Below, piece after piece: positions 11,115 through 24,420 of a stretch of DNA of 64,000 nucleotides. This stretch comes from Octopus sinensis (lineage: Eukaryota). A program made the translations under genes and the position numbers. Positions within the stretch are counted from its first letter, which is position 1. Each line of letters opens with the position of its first letter. Where the stretch lies: assembly GCF_006345805.1 (NCBI RefSeq), contig NC_043005.1, positions 58,156,001 through 58,220,000 of the forward strand, in the 5' to 3' direction. The notes under the pieces are model-generated. The model had not been told where the DNA came from. It searched no databases and was given only the letters and a program-made list of their open reading frames with translations.

Positions 11115-12356
11115 TCTCGTTTCAGTCATTTGAGTGGCCATGCTGGAGCCCCACCTTTAATATACATATGTGAATAATCCAAAATGTTTATCGCACTTCT
11201 ATGAAACTTGTAAGTGATGTGATTCTGACTCAAATTGTTCATATAAATAAAAAGATGTGTGTGTGTGTAGAGAGAGAGGGGGGGGGGGAAGAGAGAGAAA
11301 GAGAGAAAAGGACAGGGAGCAGAGTGAGAAAGAGAGAGAGAAAAAGGGATGGACAGAAAGGAGAGAGAGAGAGAGAAAGTAAGTTAATAAAGCTAACTAA
11401 TCTGTAAATATCAGAGTCCAGAGCAGCTGATAGCTTTCAAACGAATACGTTTACCAGCAAAATCCCTTATCTGATTTACATAATTACATTGGCCCTAGCA
11501 GTAACACCAGGAAGCCTTCTCCCTCCACCCTGGCTCCATTCACTATTTCAATTTCAACTTAACAACATGCAATTCAGAGGTTCAGAATAAATACATTATA
11601 TCTCGTAGTGGTGATCTACCAACAGACAGTGCTGCCACTACGAACACCTCCACTACTTCCATCAGCAGCAGTGTAAATTCTAGACTTGTTAGATTTAGAA
11701 ATCAGCATGCCAAAGAGTTTTGCAATGAAATTAATTAAATAGTCACTTGCAGCTGAACTTGTAGATTTATGAAGTGGAAATATATCGGAGATGAGAAATT
11801 TGTTTTATCAGTTAATATATTTTCATGTTGTTAAGTTCCCTTGCTGACTTGTGTGTATTTTAATGCTGTCTTTGTGAATGTAAAGAAAACTTGCTGTGGT
11901 TGGCAGAATGGTCTAATGTGTTTGACTATGAATTGGAATATCAATGGTTTGTAATCTGGCCATAAGCAAAGTATGGCAGTATCCCTGACGGTAAAGATGC
12001 TAAACTTTGGTCGATTCCTGCTTGCCAATCTGTAAACCGAGATGAAGGAATACCTTCTGCTCACTGCAGAGCTGAATTCAAAAAGTAAACAGCATGATAA
12101 ATAAATGTTCTGTTGCCATGCAACAATGAGTTCAAGTCCTCAGAAGTGGTCTGGGAAAAGGCAATGCAAAATGCCTGCAGCACTGAAGTTTCCAACCAGA
12201 GTTCCCAAATTGTTTTAGTCAGTATTGCTGTTGGATGGAAACTAATCCCCAATTTTAATCAAGGGACTGCATATGATCACTGATATGAAGGAATTCTCCA
12301 TACATTAAACTCATCATATGCTGATAACCGAAAACTTACGACTCCTTGGCATTACC

Positions 12357-12579
12357 TTAACTCTTTAGCACTCAAACAGGTCATATCTGGACCAAGTATT
12401 TAATCAGTCTCTATGGTCAAACTGGCCAAATCTAGCCTCACACACCTACCCTACAATGTCACTCTAAACATAAAAGTTACGTCATCAAAATTACAAAGCT
12501 AGGAGATAATACATGATTAATTTGAAACAATATGAATAAATAAGCAGCTGATGTATTAATCTGAATGCTAAAGGGTTAA
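12357..12579 (-). mobile_element. TTAA-flanked (piggyBac-like) MITE
   Basis: ttaa-ctctttagca...tgctaaaggg-ttaa; homologous to 41040-41258. Confidence 0.7.
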
Positions 12580-12844
12580 TATCATCATCCACTTGGCACT
12601 CACTTTTCCATGCTTGCAATAGGTGAAACGGAATTTTTTAAAGCAGATTTTCTACAACTGGATGCCCTTCCTGTTGCTAACCCTCACTTGTTTTGAAGAT
12701 GAAGGTAATATTTTCCCCATGGTCAGACATGTCTTGTGTAGCAGGCCAGAAACAATCTTGCTTGCATGATGATGATGCTCATTTGCAACCATCACATGAT
12801 ATCTAGACAACGGGAAAGCTACAGATATACACAAATGACAAGAA

Positions 12845-13077
12845 CCTTTCAGTTTCCATCTACCAAATCCATTCACGAGGCTTTGCAGTTTCCATCTACC
12901 AAATCCATTCACGAGGCTTTGCAGTTTCCATCTACCAAATCCATTCACGAGGCTTTGGTTGACCTCGGGCAATAGTAGAAGACACTTGCCCAAGGTGCCA
13001 TGCCTTGCCTTACCATGCCAGGGAAATGAACCCAAGATTACAAGATTGGGAAGCAAGCTTCTTAACCACACAACCAT
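12845..13077 (-). mobile_element. SINE family A head with internal 36-bp triplication
   Basis: cagtttccatctaccaaatccattcacgaggctttg x3 at 12850-12957. Confidence 0.8.
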
Positions 13078-13329
13078 GTTGTAAGTTTAGGCCACAACCA
13101 TAGGAAGTGTTGTGCATTCAACAGCAGCCAATCTACTTTCATCACTGGTTTCTATCTGTGGCAAAGTCAACAGCTTCAGATCTGATCTATGTCTAGCTAA
13201 ACACTCATTAACTTCTGAAATAAGTCTTACACAAACTTCCTCCATGCATTTGTACAGACAGAAACTTTCCTTATTTCTTTATTGCCTACAAGAGGCTAAA
13301 CATAGATGGGACAAACAAAGAGACAAAGG

Positions 13330-13428
13330 GATTAAGTCGATTACATCGATTCCAGTGCGTAACTGATACTTAATTTATCGACCCCGAAAGGATGAAAGGC
13401 AAAGTCGACCTCGGCAGAATTTGAACTT
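13330..13428 (-). mobile_element. SINE family B fragment
   Basis: tacttaatttatcgaccccgaaaggatgaaaggcaaagtcgacctcggc. Other fragments at ~3740-3922, ~3945-4128, ~18500-18615 and ~26595-26812. Confidence 0.75.
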
Positions 13429-14087
13429 TCCAGGCAGAAACTTTCCATCACTGGATGCCCTTCCTGTCACTAAATCTCACCTGCTGCCAAGCATGGTAAT
13501 ATTTCCCCCATGGCCAGACATGTTTATGTAGAAGATTGGAAATGAAGGACACAGATTTTATGATAGTGACACTTGCTTACAACTACTGTGTGATGTCAAG
13601 TAAGGAGCTATAAATACACACACACTTACATATATGTGTGTGTGAGAGAGAGAGACAGAGAGCAAGAGAGAGGGAGGGGCTTGTTTCAGTTTTTGTCTCC
13701 AAAATCCAATCTTAAGGATTTGGTTGACCAGGGTTATAACAGAAGACAGAATCTTGCTCAAAGTACTGCTGAGTAGGACTGAACCCAAAACCATATGGTT
13801 GAGTAGCAAACTTCTTAACTACACAGCTATGCCTGCATCTTCGTATAAAACAGTCTCTGAGGCCATAAAAGTTTATTCAGCAAAAAGTTATATCTAAGAA
13901 ATTCCTAAGTAGTCGATTGATTTTCTCAGAACAAATATTTTGATGTCTGTCTAAAAGTAATTCTGTCAGTTATGTCAACAGACAAGATGATAAACAACAT
14001 CTAATGACAACAGGAAGTTGAGCTCCTGTGATGATGTATGTATGACTATGGGGTGAGGTAACTAACAAACATTTCATTGGATTTTAA

Positions 14088-14185
14088 CCTTTAGCACACT
14101 AAATTGTCTCTAGAATTGTTTCGCCCTGTTGCTACAAGGGAGAAAACTCATATGGTGACACGATGCACCTACAGTGTGCTAAAGG
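14088..14185. mobile_element. 98-bp MITE with 13-bp TIRs
   Basis: cctttagcacact ... agtgtgctaaagg, flanked by ttaa and ctaa. Confidence 0.7.
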
Positions 14186-15295
14186 CTAATTCATTGTCTT
14201 TTAGACCAACTTTTTGTAAGAGTACTTTGAAAACTTGTTCAGCTGTGTTTGAGCAGCAGTGAAGGTATCACTCACTTATAATTACAAAATAATCAACAAT
14301 GACCTCTTTGCCTTATTCTTAACACTCTAGCATTTACACCAGCCATATCCAGCCCAAATATTGTACTTGTTTTATGTTCAAACTGGCCAGATTCAGCCTC
14401 TCATACTGACCCGACACTGTCATTCTAAAAAACAAGCATGATCAAAATTTGAAAACTACAAGTCATGATTAATTCAAAACATACAAATAAATATGCATTT
14501 CATTTGACAGAGTTATCTGAATGCTAAAGGGTTTAAAGCTTTGTTGTAACTGCAATATCAAGGATATCTCATAGTTAGACATAATGTTGGGGAACCACTC
14601 AAGGCTGGCAGGCTATGAAGTTTATAGCCCCTTGTAGCACTGAGTGGCATTAGCAGTCAAGATACTTTCAGTGGAGCAGTCCACTTAGCTGTCAACAAAC
14701 ATCAATGCAGTAACTATTGTAAACAGATGCTTTACAAGTTTGTAGTTTTATGTTCAAGTCCTACAGTAGATGGAGAAAACCCAATAGGAAGTTGCTCTAA
14801 TACTGCTCTGAATCAGAGTCTTGCAATCATCTAGCCATTTGCCTTTGAAATTTGAATGTTGGCAATAAAAAGAGAATAGTTTCGACCATATATATATATC
14901 AATACAGCTCTAATATCTTAGAATTGTATTGAGCCTTCAATCTGTTCTCTGAACTGAGCCTTCATTCTGAATATTGAGAGGTCATTATTTTCTTTGTACT
15001 GATCCTTCATTCTGTTCTCATTTTGAGCTATATATGATGACTCATGTGCATCAGTCCACCTTATATTAAGCTAATTACATACAAGCAAAGAAATGACATA
15101 CTCAGTTCAATGTTTTAGGGATTTTTCTTCAGAAAAAAGGAAAAAGAAAAGGAAGGAAGGAAGGAAGAAAGCCAGAAAGAAAGGAAGAGGTGTTTTTTCT
15201 GGGTCAAAAATGTCAAGATTTTTTTATTAATTGCAATAAATTTCTTTTAGTCGTTGTGTGACAGGACAGTATTTTCAGTCAGTTTCAAACTTACA

Positions 15296-15480
15296 TATGA
15301 GGTGATACAAAAAAGTTCCCGAGCTAGTTCTGTAGTGAGCCAATAGAAGGCAGCATCCAGTTGTGTGCGCAGTGAAAGTTGGCAGTGATCTTCATGAGGA
15401 AGTGTGCCATATGACATCACTGTGTTTACTTTGCAAGTTGTAAAATATGTGCTTTTGTGATCAAAAGGAACCACCTCCTT
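15296..15480 (+). mobile_element. Mariner-like terminal fragment
   Basis: tatgaggtgatacaaaaaagttcccg resembles a mariner TIR. No partner end was found. Confidence 0.45.
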
Positions 15481-15486
15481 TTTGCT

Positions 15487-15538
<52 letters not shown>

Positions 15539-16053
15539 CTAGCTTAAAACCCACATGCTGTGCAGACTTTTAAGCTAGCTCCTGCAGATGGTTAATCGAA
15601 CCTTCGGCCCCAAACTGAAGGAAGCAGTAATAATCTCAGATTTATATCAGAGTTTCACTTTTCGAGAATTTTGTATCACTGCTATATTCGGAGATCACTG
15701 TAAAGCACCAGGATGAGCAACATTCTTGGTCGACAGACAGAAAATGGAGAAAAACAGATTTTTTAATTATTTGCACTGGTTCCTGATAAACTTTTATTTG
15801 TCCAATTGTTACCTGCACATCATTGCCTGGGAATAACACAGGTAACATATACTGATAGTACATACGGATTTTTTATCCCTTAGTCAGTTACTACAACTCT
15901 ATAGGTACAGGAAACATATACGCCATTCTGCTTAAATAATGGAACTGCAAATACAATACCCTTATGTATTTTGTGTCTGTTTTCATTCCTCTACTTCACT
16001 CTGTATTTCATATCTTTTCTTTAATAACTATTACTTAAACATTTTCTCACATC

Positions 16054-16101
16054 GTTTCTGATGAAGGGATATATAAAATATCCCAGAAACAGCTGTAAGA
16101 C
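16054..16101 (+). ncRNA. Minimal type-I hammerhead ribozyme (family HH-B)
   Basis: GUUU-CUGAUGA-A-GGGAUAU-auaaa-AUAUCCC-A-GAAA-CAGCUGU-A-AGAC: intact core, 7-bp stem II, palindromic ACAGCUGU, GUA triplet, stem I GUUU/AGAC. Confidence 0.8.
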
Positions 16102-16589
16102 CTCTTTATAAATGTTCTGAAATCTATTCATAGCCTTGGATTTTTTTTATCGCATTCTGTTAACCTATATATATATGTATGAAATTTTGAGTTTAGTTCA
16201 TGAACCCCCAGGGGTCTGCGGATCTCAGATTGGGAACCACTGATACATATATATATATATATATATATATCTCACAAATGAAAAAGGGAATTATAAAATC
16301 TGAGCTATACATCTGTAGATGGTTTTATCTAAGAGAAGAAAACTATCTGTACCAAACAAAGCTCCAAGTCAAATAAACTGGTCACAATAAAATACATTAA
16401 TATTGGAATTTATGATATTACATTTACTTCTTTAATTACACCCATTCTAACCCTATATGGAACATACATTTCATGAATATAAATGAATTCATATTACAGC
16501 ATATTATTAACGTAAACTAGGTGCATTCTCTCAGAGAAAGTAATACAGTTTACACATGGAAGATTATGGTACATACACACATATTTCTC

Positions 16590-16968
16590 CTTTATTCTCT
16601 TTTACTTGTTTCAGTCATTTGACTGCAGCTATGCTGGAGAAGTGCCTTTAGTCGAGCAAATTGACCACAGGACTTATTCTTTGGAAGCCAAGTACTTATG
16701 CTATTGGTCTCTTTTGCCGAACCGCTAAGTATGGGGACGTAAACACACCACCGTTGGTTGTCAAGCAATGTTGGTGGGGGGGGAACAAACACAGACATAC
16801 ATACATACGACAGGCTTCTTTTAGTTTCCACCTACCAAAACCACTCACAAGGCTTTGGTCGGCCCAAGGCTACAGTAGAAGACACTTGCCCAAGGTGTCA
16901 CGCAGTGGGAATGAACCCGGAACCATGTGGTTGGTAAGCAAGCTACTTAACACAGCCACTCATGCACC
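16590..16968 (-). mobile_element. SINE family A, full length
   Basis: Tail through tRNA-like head in reverse complement. Confidence 0.85.
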
Positions 16969-17049
16969 TATATAAACACACACATAAATACATATACATA
17001 TATGCATACACACACAATATATAAATCATCTGCCCTATATCTAATAGAA

Positions 17050-17085
<36 letters not shown>

Positions 17086-17738
17086 CTGAAATTTATAGAA
17101 AAACAAGATGAAGACAAGTCTATAAACAACAAACAAGTGTATTAGTTTGATATTTGAGAAAATGAAAAAGACTTTTACGTTTCAAACCTATATATACACA
17201 CACCTAAAAAAGTGTCTGTGTGTGTATGTATTTCTATACAAGTTTGTTTGTTCTGATTTATTTCACAGGTGAAATTGTCAATGAAAGAATGGACATTGTG
17301 TCGGACAGAATGACAAATATTTTTTTTTTATCTTTACATTAATTAATTAATGTGGTTGTTTTATTTTATCTTTTAGACTTTTTTTTTTGTATTTGGGATG
17401 GTTTCAACAACAAAAAAAAAGGAACAACAACAACAACAAACATGAACAAATGTAAAAGACAACCACAACAACAACAGGTAAGTCAAGTTCATACGTCTTT
17501 TAAGAAACTAATTTCTTTCTGCTTCCTTCTCCACCCCAAGAGAATTTCAAATTCTAAAAATGAAAACATAATTGATGACTTGACAGAAAATGTTGGAACA
17601 AAACTGTGTCTTATACACTCAGGTTAAATAACTCAAACTTTATAAGACCATCTATTATTATTATAAGCACTACAAACAAAATGTCTCACTGGAAAATGGG
17701 ATTCTAGCAGCTGCTACTAGGCTAGCAAAGTTACTAAC

Positions 17739-17803
17739 ATTGTCGAATGACTTTCCTAATTCTTTAATGAAGTAGACGTGATTACTAGCCATGGAATAAT
17801 GGA
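17739..17803 (-). CDS. Putative exon of unidentified host gene (xHYSMASNHVYFIKELGKSFDN)
   Basis: Acceptor ttttgttcaaaAG, donor GTTAGT; the phase-1 start matches the end of exon 19261-19360. Confidence 0.5.
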
Positions 17804-18096
17804 CTTTTGAACAAAAGCTATGTAGCTTATTCAAAGTTTTTAAAACCAATTTCACCGGAATCTATAATCCATTGAACCAAAATGACATTCCGTGGCTTTA
17901 TCATAAACTAGTTTTGTTTAGCCAGTCAGCTTTGCTGAAGGTTTTTGCTAGTGTTTGTAGGAATAACAATTATTATTACTATTATTATTTTATTGTCTTT
18001 GCACAGCTTCTAATGCTGGAGATGTACTATGGCATCAGCTGTTCACTACCAGAGAACTAAGGTAACACCCCATACTATTACGATTGTTATTATTAT

Positions 18097-18475
18097 TATT
18101 ACCTCTGCCTTAGTGAAGGCAGAGGTATTGTTTTCAGTTGTATATATATTTCTTTGTCCATGGACAAGATATTTCAAGAACCGCTGGATAAATTTGGATG
18201 AAACTTACAAGGATGTTTGGCCTCGTGACTAGTGTGAACTGATTAGATTTTGGGATTGATCTGGTACTGGACAAGGATTCTGGCTTTTCTTTTTTTTTTT
18301 TTTTTTTACTTAATGTTTGAGAGTGGTCAGGTTCATTTTTAATATTCTTGTTTGTGAGAGCAGTTGAGTTTATTTCAAATATTCTCATTTTATTTTAAAA
18401 ATCATCTCTTGCTAATTGTTGAGAGGGTGTTGGTGTTGCCTTGGCAGAGGTTTGCACTCTCTGAGTGCTCTTGTT
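18097..18475 (+). mobile_element. Non-autonomous Helentron/DINE-1-like element
   Basis: 5' hairpin acctctgcct-tagtga-aggcagaggt, 3' subTIR ccttggcagaggt, then stem-loop gcactc-tct-gagtgc and tcttgtt. Inserted in a TA/TT-rich tract. Confidence 0.7.
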
Positions 18476-19260
18476 AATATTATTATCATTATAAAATGCT
18501 AAGCTGACAGAATTGTCAGAATGTTGGAAGAAATGTTTTACATCATTTCTTCCAGTTCAAATTCCGCCAAAGTCCACTTTGCCTTTCATCTTTTGGGGTC
18601 GATAAATAAAGTATAGTTGAACACTGTACTTGTGTGCCTTTAGTGAACGCCACTCTGTCGCATGCATTTGGACAATGTATCTCACAGTCTAAAGAACTTG
18701 ATTTCATGAGGTGTGGCTCTTGGCTATATCTACTTTAGTATTGAGTAGAGATGGAAGTGGTTCTTCAACATATGATGATTGCCAAACATAAAAGCCCAGC
18801 CACATGAATAACACCTCAGAAGAGTAACTTATTTGTTCACAGTCCAGTGAACACTAAGGAACTAAAGCAGTAGTTAGCAGCAACAAGTCTTGGAGAGCCA
18901 CCAAAGTTTGGAAGCAGTAACTTTAATCCAAAGAACATCAAGCAAAATGCTTTGTTACCGCAAGGTTACATCTCTATGCTCTAAGTTCAAATCACAACAA
19001 AGTCAATAAAGTAAGTAGCAGACACAGTACTGGAAAAGGGATTAATATAAGCAACTAAAATCTCGAAGTCAAAGCTGTAGCATGGGCATAGTTCAAGGAC
19101 TGAAGAGAACAGAAGGAAGAATAAAAGAATGTGAGAATGAGAAAATGGATGTTAAACTGAAAGAAAAAAGGGCAAAACAAAGAAATTCATAAATAAATAA
19201 TTTCATTGATTCTTTTTTTGTTTTTTTTTACTGCTTCTTTGTAAAGCTCCAAATACTTAC

Positions 19261-19360
19261 GATTCTTCCAGTATTGCTTTCTATCCTGGAACTTCTGTTT
19301 TTTTGTTTTCTGTGGTAGGTTTTTCGAATTGTTCTCCATATTAACAGGTCCTACATCAGC
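19261..19360 (-). CDS. Putative exon of unidentified host gene (ADVGPVNMENNSKNLPQKTKKQKFQDRKQYWKN)
   Basis: Strong acceptor ttgttgtttgttgcAG and donor GTAAGT; only one frame is open. Confidence 0.65.
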
Positions 19361-19601
19361 CTGCAACAAACAACAAATAGTGTTGGTGTAACTCACACAT
19401 ACACAGAAACCCAAATAGAATAGACATCTGGTTTCCCCCAACCCTGCCATCAATAAGATCTGACTGGTACTTTTTGTAAAGGAATAGACTAGAACAGTAT
19501 AAAACAGAATCCACAATATATTGTCTAATCCAGGAATCAAACCCTCCATTTTAGGGTTATGAACCCAATACATTATACACTAGGCCACAAGCCTTCTATG
19601 C

Positions 19602-19603
<2 letters not shown>

Positions 19604-19657
<54 letters not shown>

Positions 19658-20641
19658 TAAATAAATAAAGGTGAAGGCTTGTGTGGTAAAAAGTTTGCTT
19701 CCCAACCATATGATTCCAGGTTCAGCTCCACTGCATGGTAGCTTGGATAAATGTCTTCTACAATGGTCTTGGGCTGACCAAAGCCTTATGAGCGGTTTTG
19801 GGTAGATGTGCACACATACACATGCACACATACCTAACACACACATGCAAACGAACCCACACATACCTCCCATACACACAGCACACACTCATGCATAATA
19901 CATGCACACAATTATACATACATGTATACACACATATGAAAATACAAGCACACATACACAAAGTAAAGCACAGTTATTCCCCCCACACACAACCCCTATG
20001 CATACACACATGAATACATACTGCAAACAAAACAAAACACACACACACTACATATACATACATGCACACACACATACTTCAAACTACCAGGACCTTCCAC
20101 TGACCATTCTCCGATGCATATGTGTAGGTAGACACACAACAGGAGCCACTCCTACTATCCATTCTTCCTATGACCTTAAACGATACTAAGCCCAACCACA
20201 CACACATACCTCCTTCTCTTGCACTCTCCTGTCTTTGAAAGAACTTTTTCTTCACCCATTCCCTTCAATATGTGACTGCGTGTGTATCGTTGGTGATTTT
20301 TTTTCCTCCGTCTTCCCTTCCTTGGATCTTTCCTTTTTCTATGTTTCTGACGAAGAGCTCCGCTCAAAACATTACATCTTCCTTCTTTCTTTCCTTTCCT
20401 GAGTGTCCAATAACACTATACTTGTTCCACGTCCTCGCGTTGTTGTGTTTTCTCTTGATGTTTTCATGTTTGGGGAGTGGCTGTGTGGTAAGTAGCTTGT
20501 TTACCAGCCACATGGTTCCAGGTTCAGTCCCACTGCGTGGCACTTTAGGCAAGTGTCTTTTACTATAGCCTCGGGCTGACCAAAGCCTTGTGAGTGGATT
20601 TGGTAGACGGAAACTGAAAGAAGCCTGTCGTATATATGTAT

Positions 20642-20708
<67 letters not shown>

Positions 20709-21685
20709 TAAATAAATAAAGGTGAAGGCTTGTGTGGTAAAAAGTTTGCTTCCCAACCATATGATTCCAGGTTCAGCTCCACTGCATGGTAGCTTGGATA
20801 AATGTCTTCTACAATGGTCTTGGGCTGACCAAAGCCTTATGAGCGGTTTTGGGTAGATGTGCACACATACACATGCACACATACCTAACACACACATGCA
20901 AACGAACCCACACATACCTCCCATACACACAGCACACACTCATGCATAATACATGCACACAATTATACATACATGTATACACACATATGAAAATACAAGC
21001 ACACATACACAAAGTAAAGCACAGTTATTCCCCCCACACACAACCCCTATGCATACACACATGAATACATACTGCAAACAAAACAAAACACACACACACT
21101 ACATATACATACATGCACACACACATACTTCAAACTACCAGGACCTTCCACTGACCATTCTCCGATGCATATGTGTAGGTAGACACACAACAGGAGCCAC
21201 TCCTACTATCCATTCTTCCTATGACCTTAAACGATACTAAGCCCAACCACACACAACACATACCTCCTTCTCTTGCACTCTCCTGTCTTTGAAAGAACTT
21301 TTTCTTCACCCATTCCCTTCAATATGTGACTGCGTGTGTATCGTTGGTGATTTTTTTCCTCCGTCTTCCCTTCCTTGGATCTTTCCTTTTTCTATGTTTC
21401 TGACGAAGAGCTCCGCTCAAAACATTACATCTTCCTTCTTTCTTTCCTTTCCTGAGTGTCCAATAACACTATACTTGTTCCACGTCCTCGCGTTGTTGTG
21501 TTTTCTCTTGATGTTTTCATGTTTGGGGAGTGGCTGTGTGGTAAGTAGCTTGTTTACCAGCCACATGGTTCCAGGTTCAGTCCCACTGCGTGGCACTTTA
21601 GGCAAGTGTCTTTTACTATAGCCTCGGGCTGACCAAAGCCTTGTGAGTGGATTTGGTAGACGGAAACTGAAAGAAGCCTGTCGTA

Positions 21686-21735
<50 letters not shown>
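19604..21735. repeat. Near-identical tandem duplication, period ~1051 bp
   Basis: Identical ORFs offset by 1051 (19758/20809, 19798/20849, 19902/20953). Boundaries lie in (TA)n tracts. Confidence 0.9.
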
Positions 21736-21737
<2 letters not shown>

Positions 21738-21935
21738 TGTGTGTGTTTGTCCCCCTAGCATTGCTTGACAACCGATGCTGGTGTGTTTATGTCCCTGTTA
21801 CTTAGCGGTTCAGCAAAAGAGACCGATAGAATAAGTACTAGGCTTACAAAAAGAATAAGTCCCAGGGTCGAGTTGCTTGATTAAAAGCGGTGCTCCAGCA
21901 TGCCCGCAGTCAAATGACTGAAACAAGTAAAAGAG
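21526..21935 (+). mobile_element. SINE family A, full length
   Basis: Head, (TA)n centre and tail present. Confidence 0.85.
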
Positions 21936-22309
21936 CATATATATATATATATATATATATGTTTGTGTGTGCATGTGTGTGTGAGCTTGTCTTAATATTG
22001 ATTGTTTGGGCCTAGGAGAGATATGACCTTGCTTGGAAACAAGTGAGAGTTGGCGAGACAGGAAGTGTATCTGACCATAGAAAATCTGTTTCATCACTGT
22101 CAAACAAGGAAAAGTGTATGTTAAATGATAACACATACACACACACACACACACATGTATGTATAAGTTTCATGGGCACAATACATGAAACTTTAAACAA
22201 TGAGTAGAATCAACCTGTTATCAAACAGCAATTAAATATGTTGAGTGCTACTAGCTTTTACTTGTTCATACACTCATACATGCTATCACCTATATTTATT
22301 TCTATCACA

Positions 22310-22390
22310 AAGACAGACAGACAGACAGACAGATATAGATAGATAGACAGCTAGATAGATATAGATAGATAGACAGCTAGATGAACAGAT
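22310..22390 (+). repeat. (GACA)n/(GATA)n microsatellite
   Basis: Visible tetranucleotide repeats; another at ~22968-23005. Confidence 0.9.
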
Positions 22391-22760
22391 AAATATGTTT
22401 CTTTATTAGCCATACAGGGCTGTACACAGACAGGACAGATTACAAAGTAGAGCTTTTCTTTTTTTGGAAAAAAAAAAAAGTGGGGTAGGTTTTTGATCAA
22501 AAGGGATCGTAAAAGGGAAAGAAGAAAAAAAAGAAAGAAAGGAAACGAAACAAGAGAAAAAAAAAGAAAAAAGGAGAAAAAAAGGGGAAAAGAAAAAAAA
22601 AACCATCAATAGGGATCGTGTATCAGTGTCATGATGTACGGTGTAAAGGGGGAAGCAGATAAGGTTTATCCGTGGGAAGAAAAGCCTACGGAAAAGACCA
22701 CAGTAACCTCGGTCAATATGGTTACATGTTACCACATTTGTTTGCAAGTGGGTAACCCTC
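22390..22760 (-). mobile_element. Probable 3' end of a non-LTR retroelement (L1/Tx1-like)
   Basis: On - the sequence is T-rich and CpG-retaining and ends ...gtatggctAATAAAgaaac next to the GATA tract. The family assignment is from recollection only. Confidence 0.35.
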
Positions 22761-23759
22761 TGTTTTCAATTTCTGGGTTCATAGGATTATGCTCAAGGTG
22801 GCTTCGTCATTCATATGTGCCATCCTTGCTACATTCACCCATCTTTTTTTAAAACATTTGCTAGACAAAACTTGCCTCTCTACTCTCACTTTCCTTTTCA
22901 AGTGATACTTGAAGTTGATGAGAGATTGACCAGAGAGGAAAGTGTTTGTCTCCAATCCTTTCAGAAGCAGACAGACAGACAGATAGATAGATAGATAGAC
23001 AGATACAGGTATGGTTGACTGGTATGGTGGAAAGTTCAACTCTTCAGCATAAAACCACACAGAAGTGTTTTTGGATAAAAACTAAATAAATCTTTGTGAG
23101 TGAAAGAAACTAAGTAGATGGAAACTACATAGAAGCCTGTCAGCTTGTTCCAGTAAATTAAAAGGACCAGCCTTATCATATATGGAACTGCACTAATACT
23201 GCTTGAGGATTATGTTAGAGGTTACAAGAGTGCAAGGCCCAGTGAAATACTCATCCACCTACAGGATAATTCAAGGTGGTTCCATCATCGTTTGAACATG
23301 CAGAATAGTCATTATCAAAACTGATATGAGATCCACTTACTTTTATACGTATATACACGTGTATGAGCATACACACATAAAACATCTCTTTCTCCTTATA
23401 TATATATAAACACACACACACACACACTGTGAAATACAAAGTAACAGTATAAAACTTCATTGTTCTTTTTTTTCCTTTCATTCCGTTATTTCCAACCTCG
23501 TACTGTAGTGGCTGTCTGAATCACAGTTAATTATTTCACAATGATTCAATTAAACTAAACTACTTACATATATATATATATATAGATATATATATGTGTG
23601 TGTGTATATATCATACACACACATTTATGTATGTATACAGAGGAAAAGGTGGAGTACAGGATACAATACCCTACAAAATCAATTTGTTATTGATTAATAA
23701 ATGAGCTGCTTCTGTGAAATCTGCATCTCTTAACCTTTATCACTAACAGTCTATTTCTC

Positions 23760-24420
23760 ATCTCAAGTACCCCTTACCTCCCATGGTGTTTACTCTTGTC
23801 TTACACTGTCTCTCCTTACACTAAGTATTTCAAAACCCTACACTGCATAACCCTATCACTCACAAAACACTATACTTAGTAATATCTCCCTCACTATCTA
23901 CCCTTATTACCTCCCTTCATCTCCCACACTATCTGTCCCTATTTCCTACATTATCTACCCACCATAATTTCCCATGCTATCTACCCTGTCTCCTACAATA
24001 TATCTCATTCCCACATTACCTACCTGTCTCTATCCCCTACATTATCCACCCAGTTTACCTCCATTTCCCATGCTATCTACCCTGTCTACAACACTATCAA
24101 CCCATATCTCTCCTCCTCTCTCCCAGACTATCTACTCCTACTCCATCAATGCTATCTTCCCCTCTTCCATCTCCCGTGCAATCTGCTCCTAACTCCCACA
24201 TTATCTACCCCTATTTCTCATGCTATTTACCCTGTCTCTCTCACTATCTACACTTATCTCCACTCCTCTCTCCTAAGCCATTTACCCCTATCCCATCTCC
24301 AATGCTATCCATCCATATCTCCCATAGTATCTATCCCTCTCTTCCACAATAACTACCCCATCTGTCTTCCACTCTCCCTTACTATCTACCCAAATCTGTC
24401 ATTATCTACGACAACTTTCC
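23760..24420 (+). repeat. Degenerate G-poor minisatellite (ctatctaccc / cccatgctatctaccctgtct motifs)
   Basis: Motif recurs at ~23945, 23970, 24067, 24192 and 24217; almost no G on the + strand. Confidence 0.7.

Noticed and set aside
17168-17190. Hammerhead 3' half on - (GAAACGUAAAAG)
   Set aside because: The 5' half is lost at a TA tract, so it cannot be functional.
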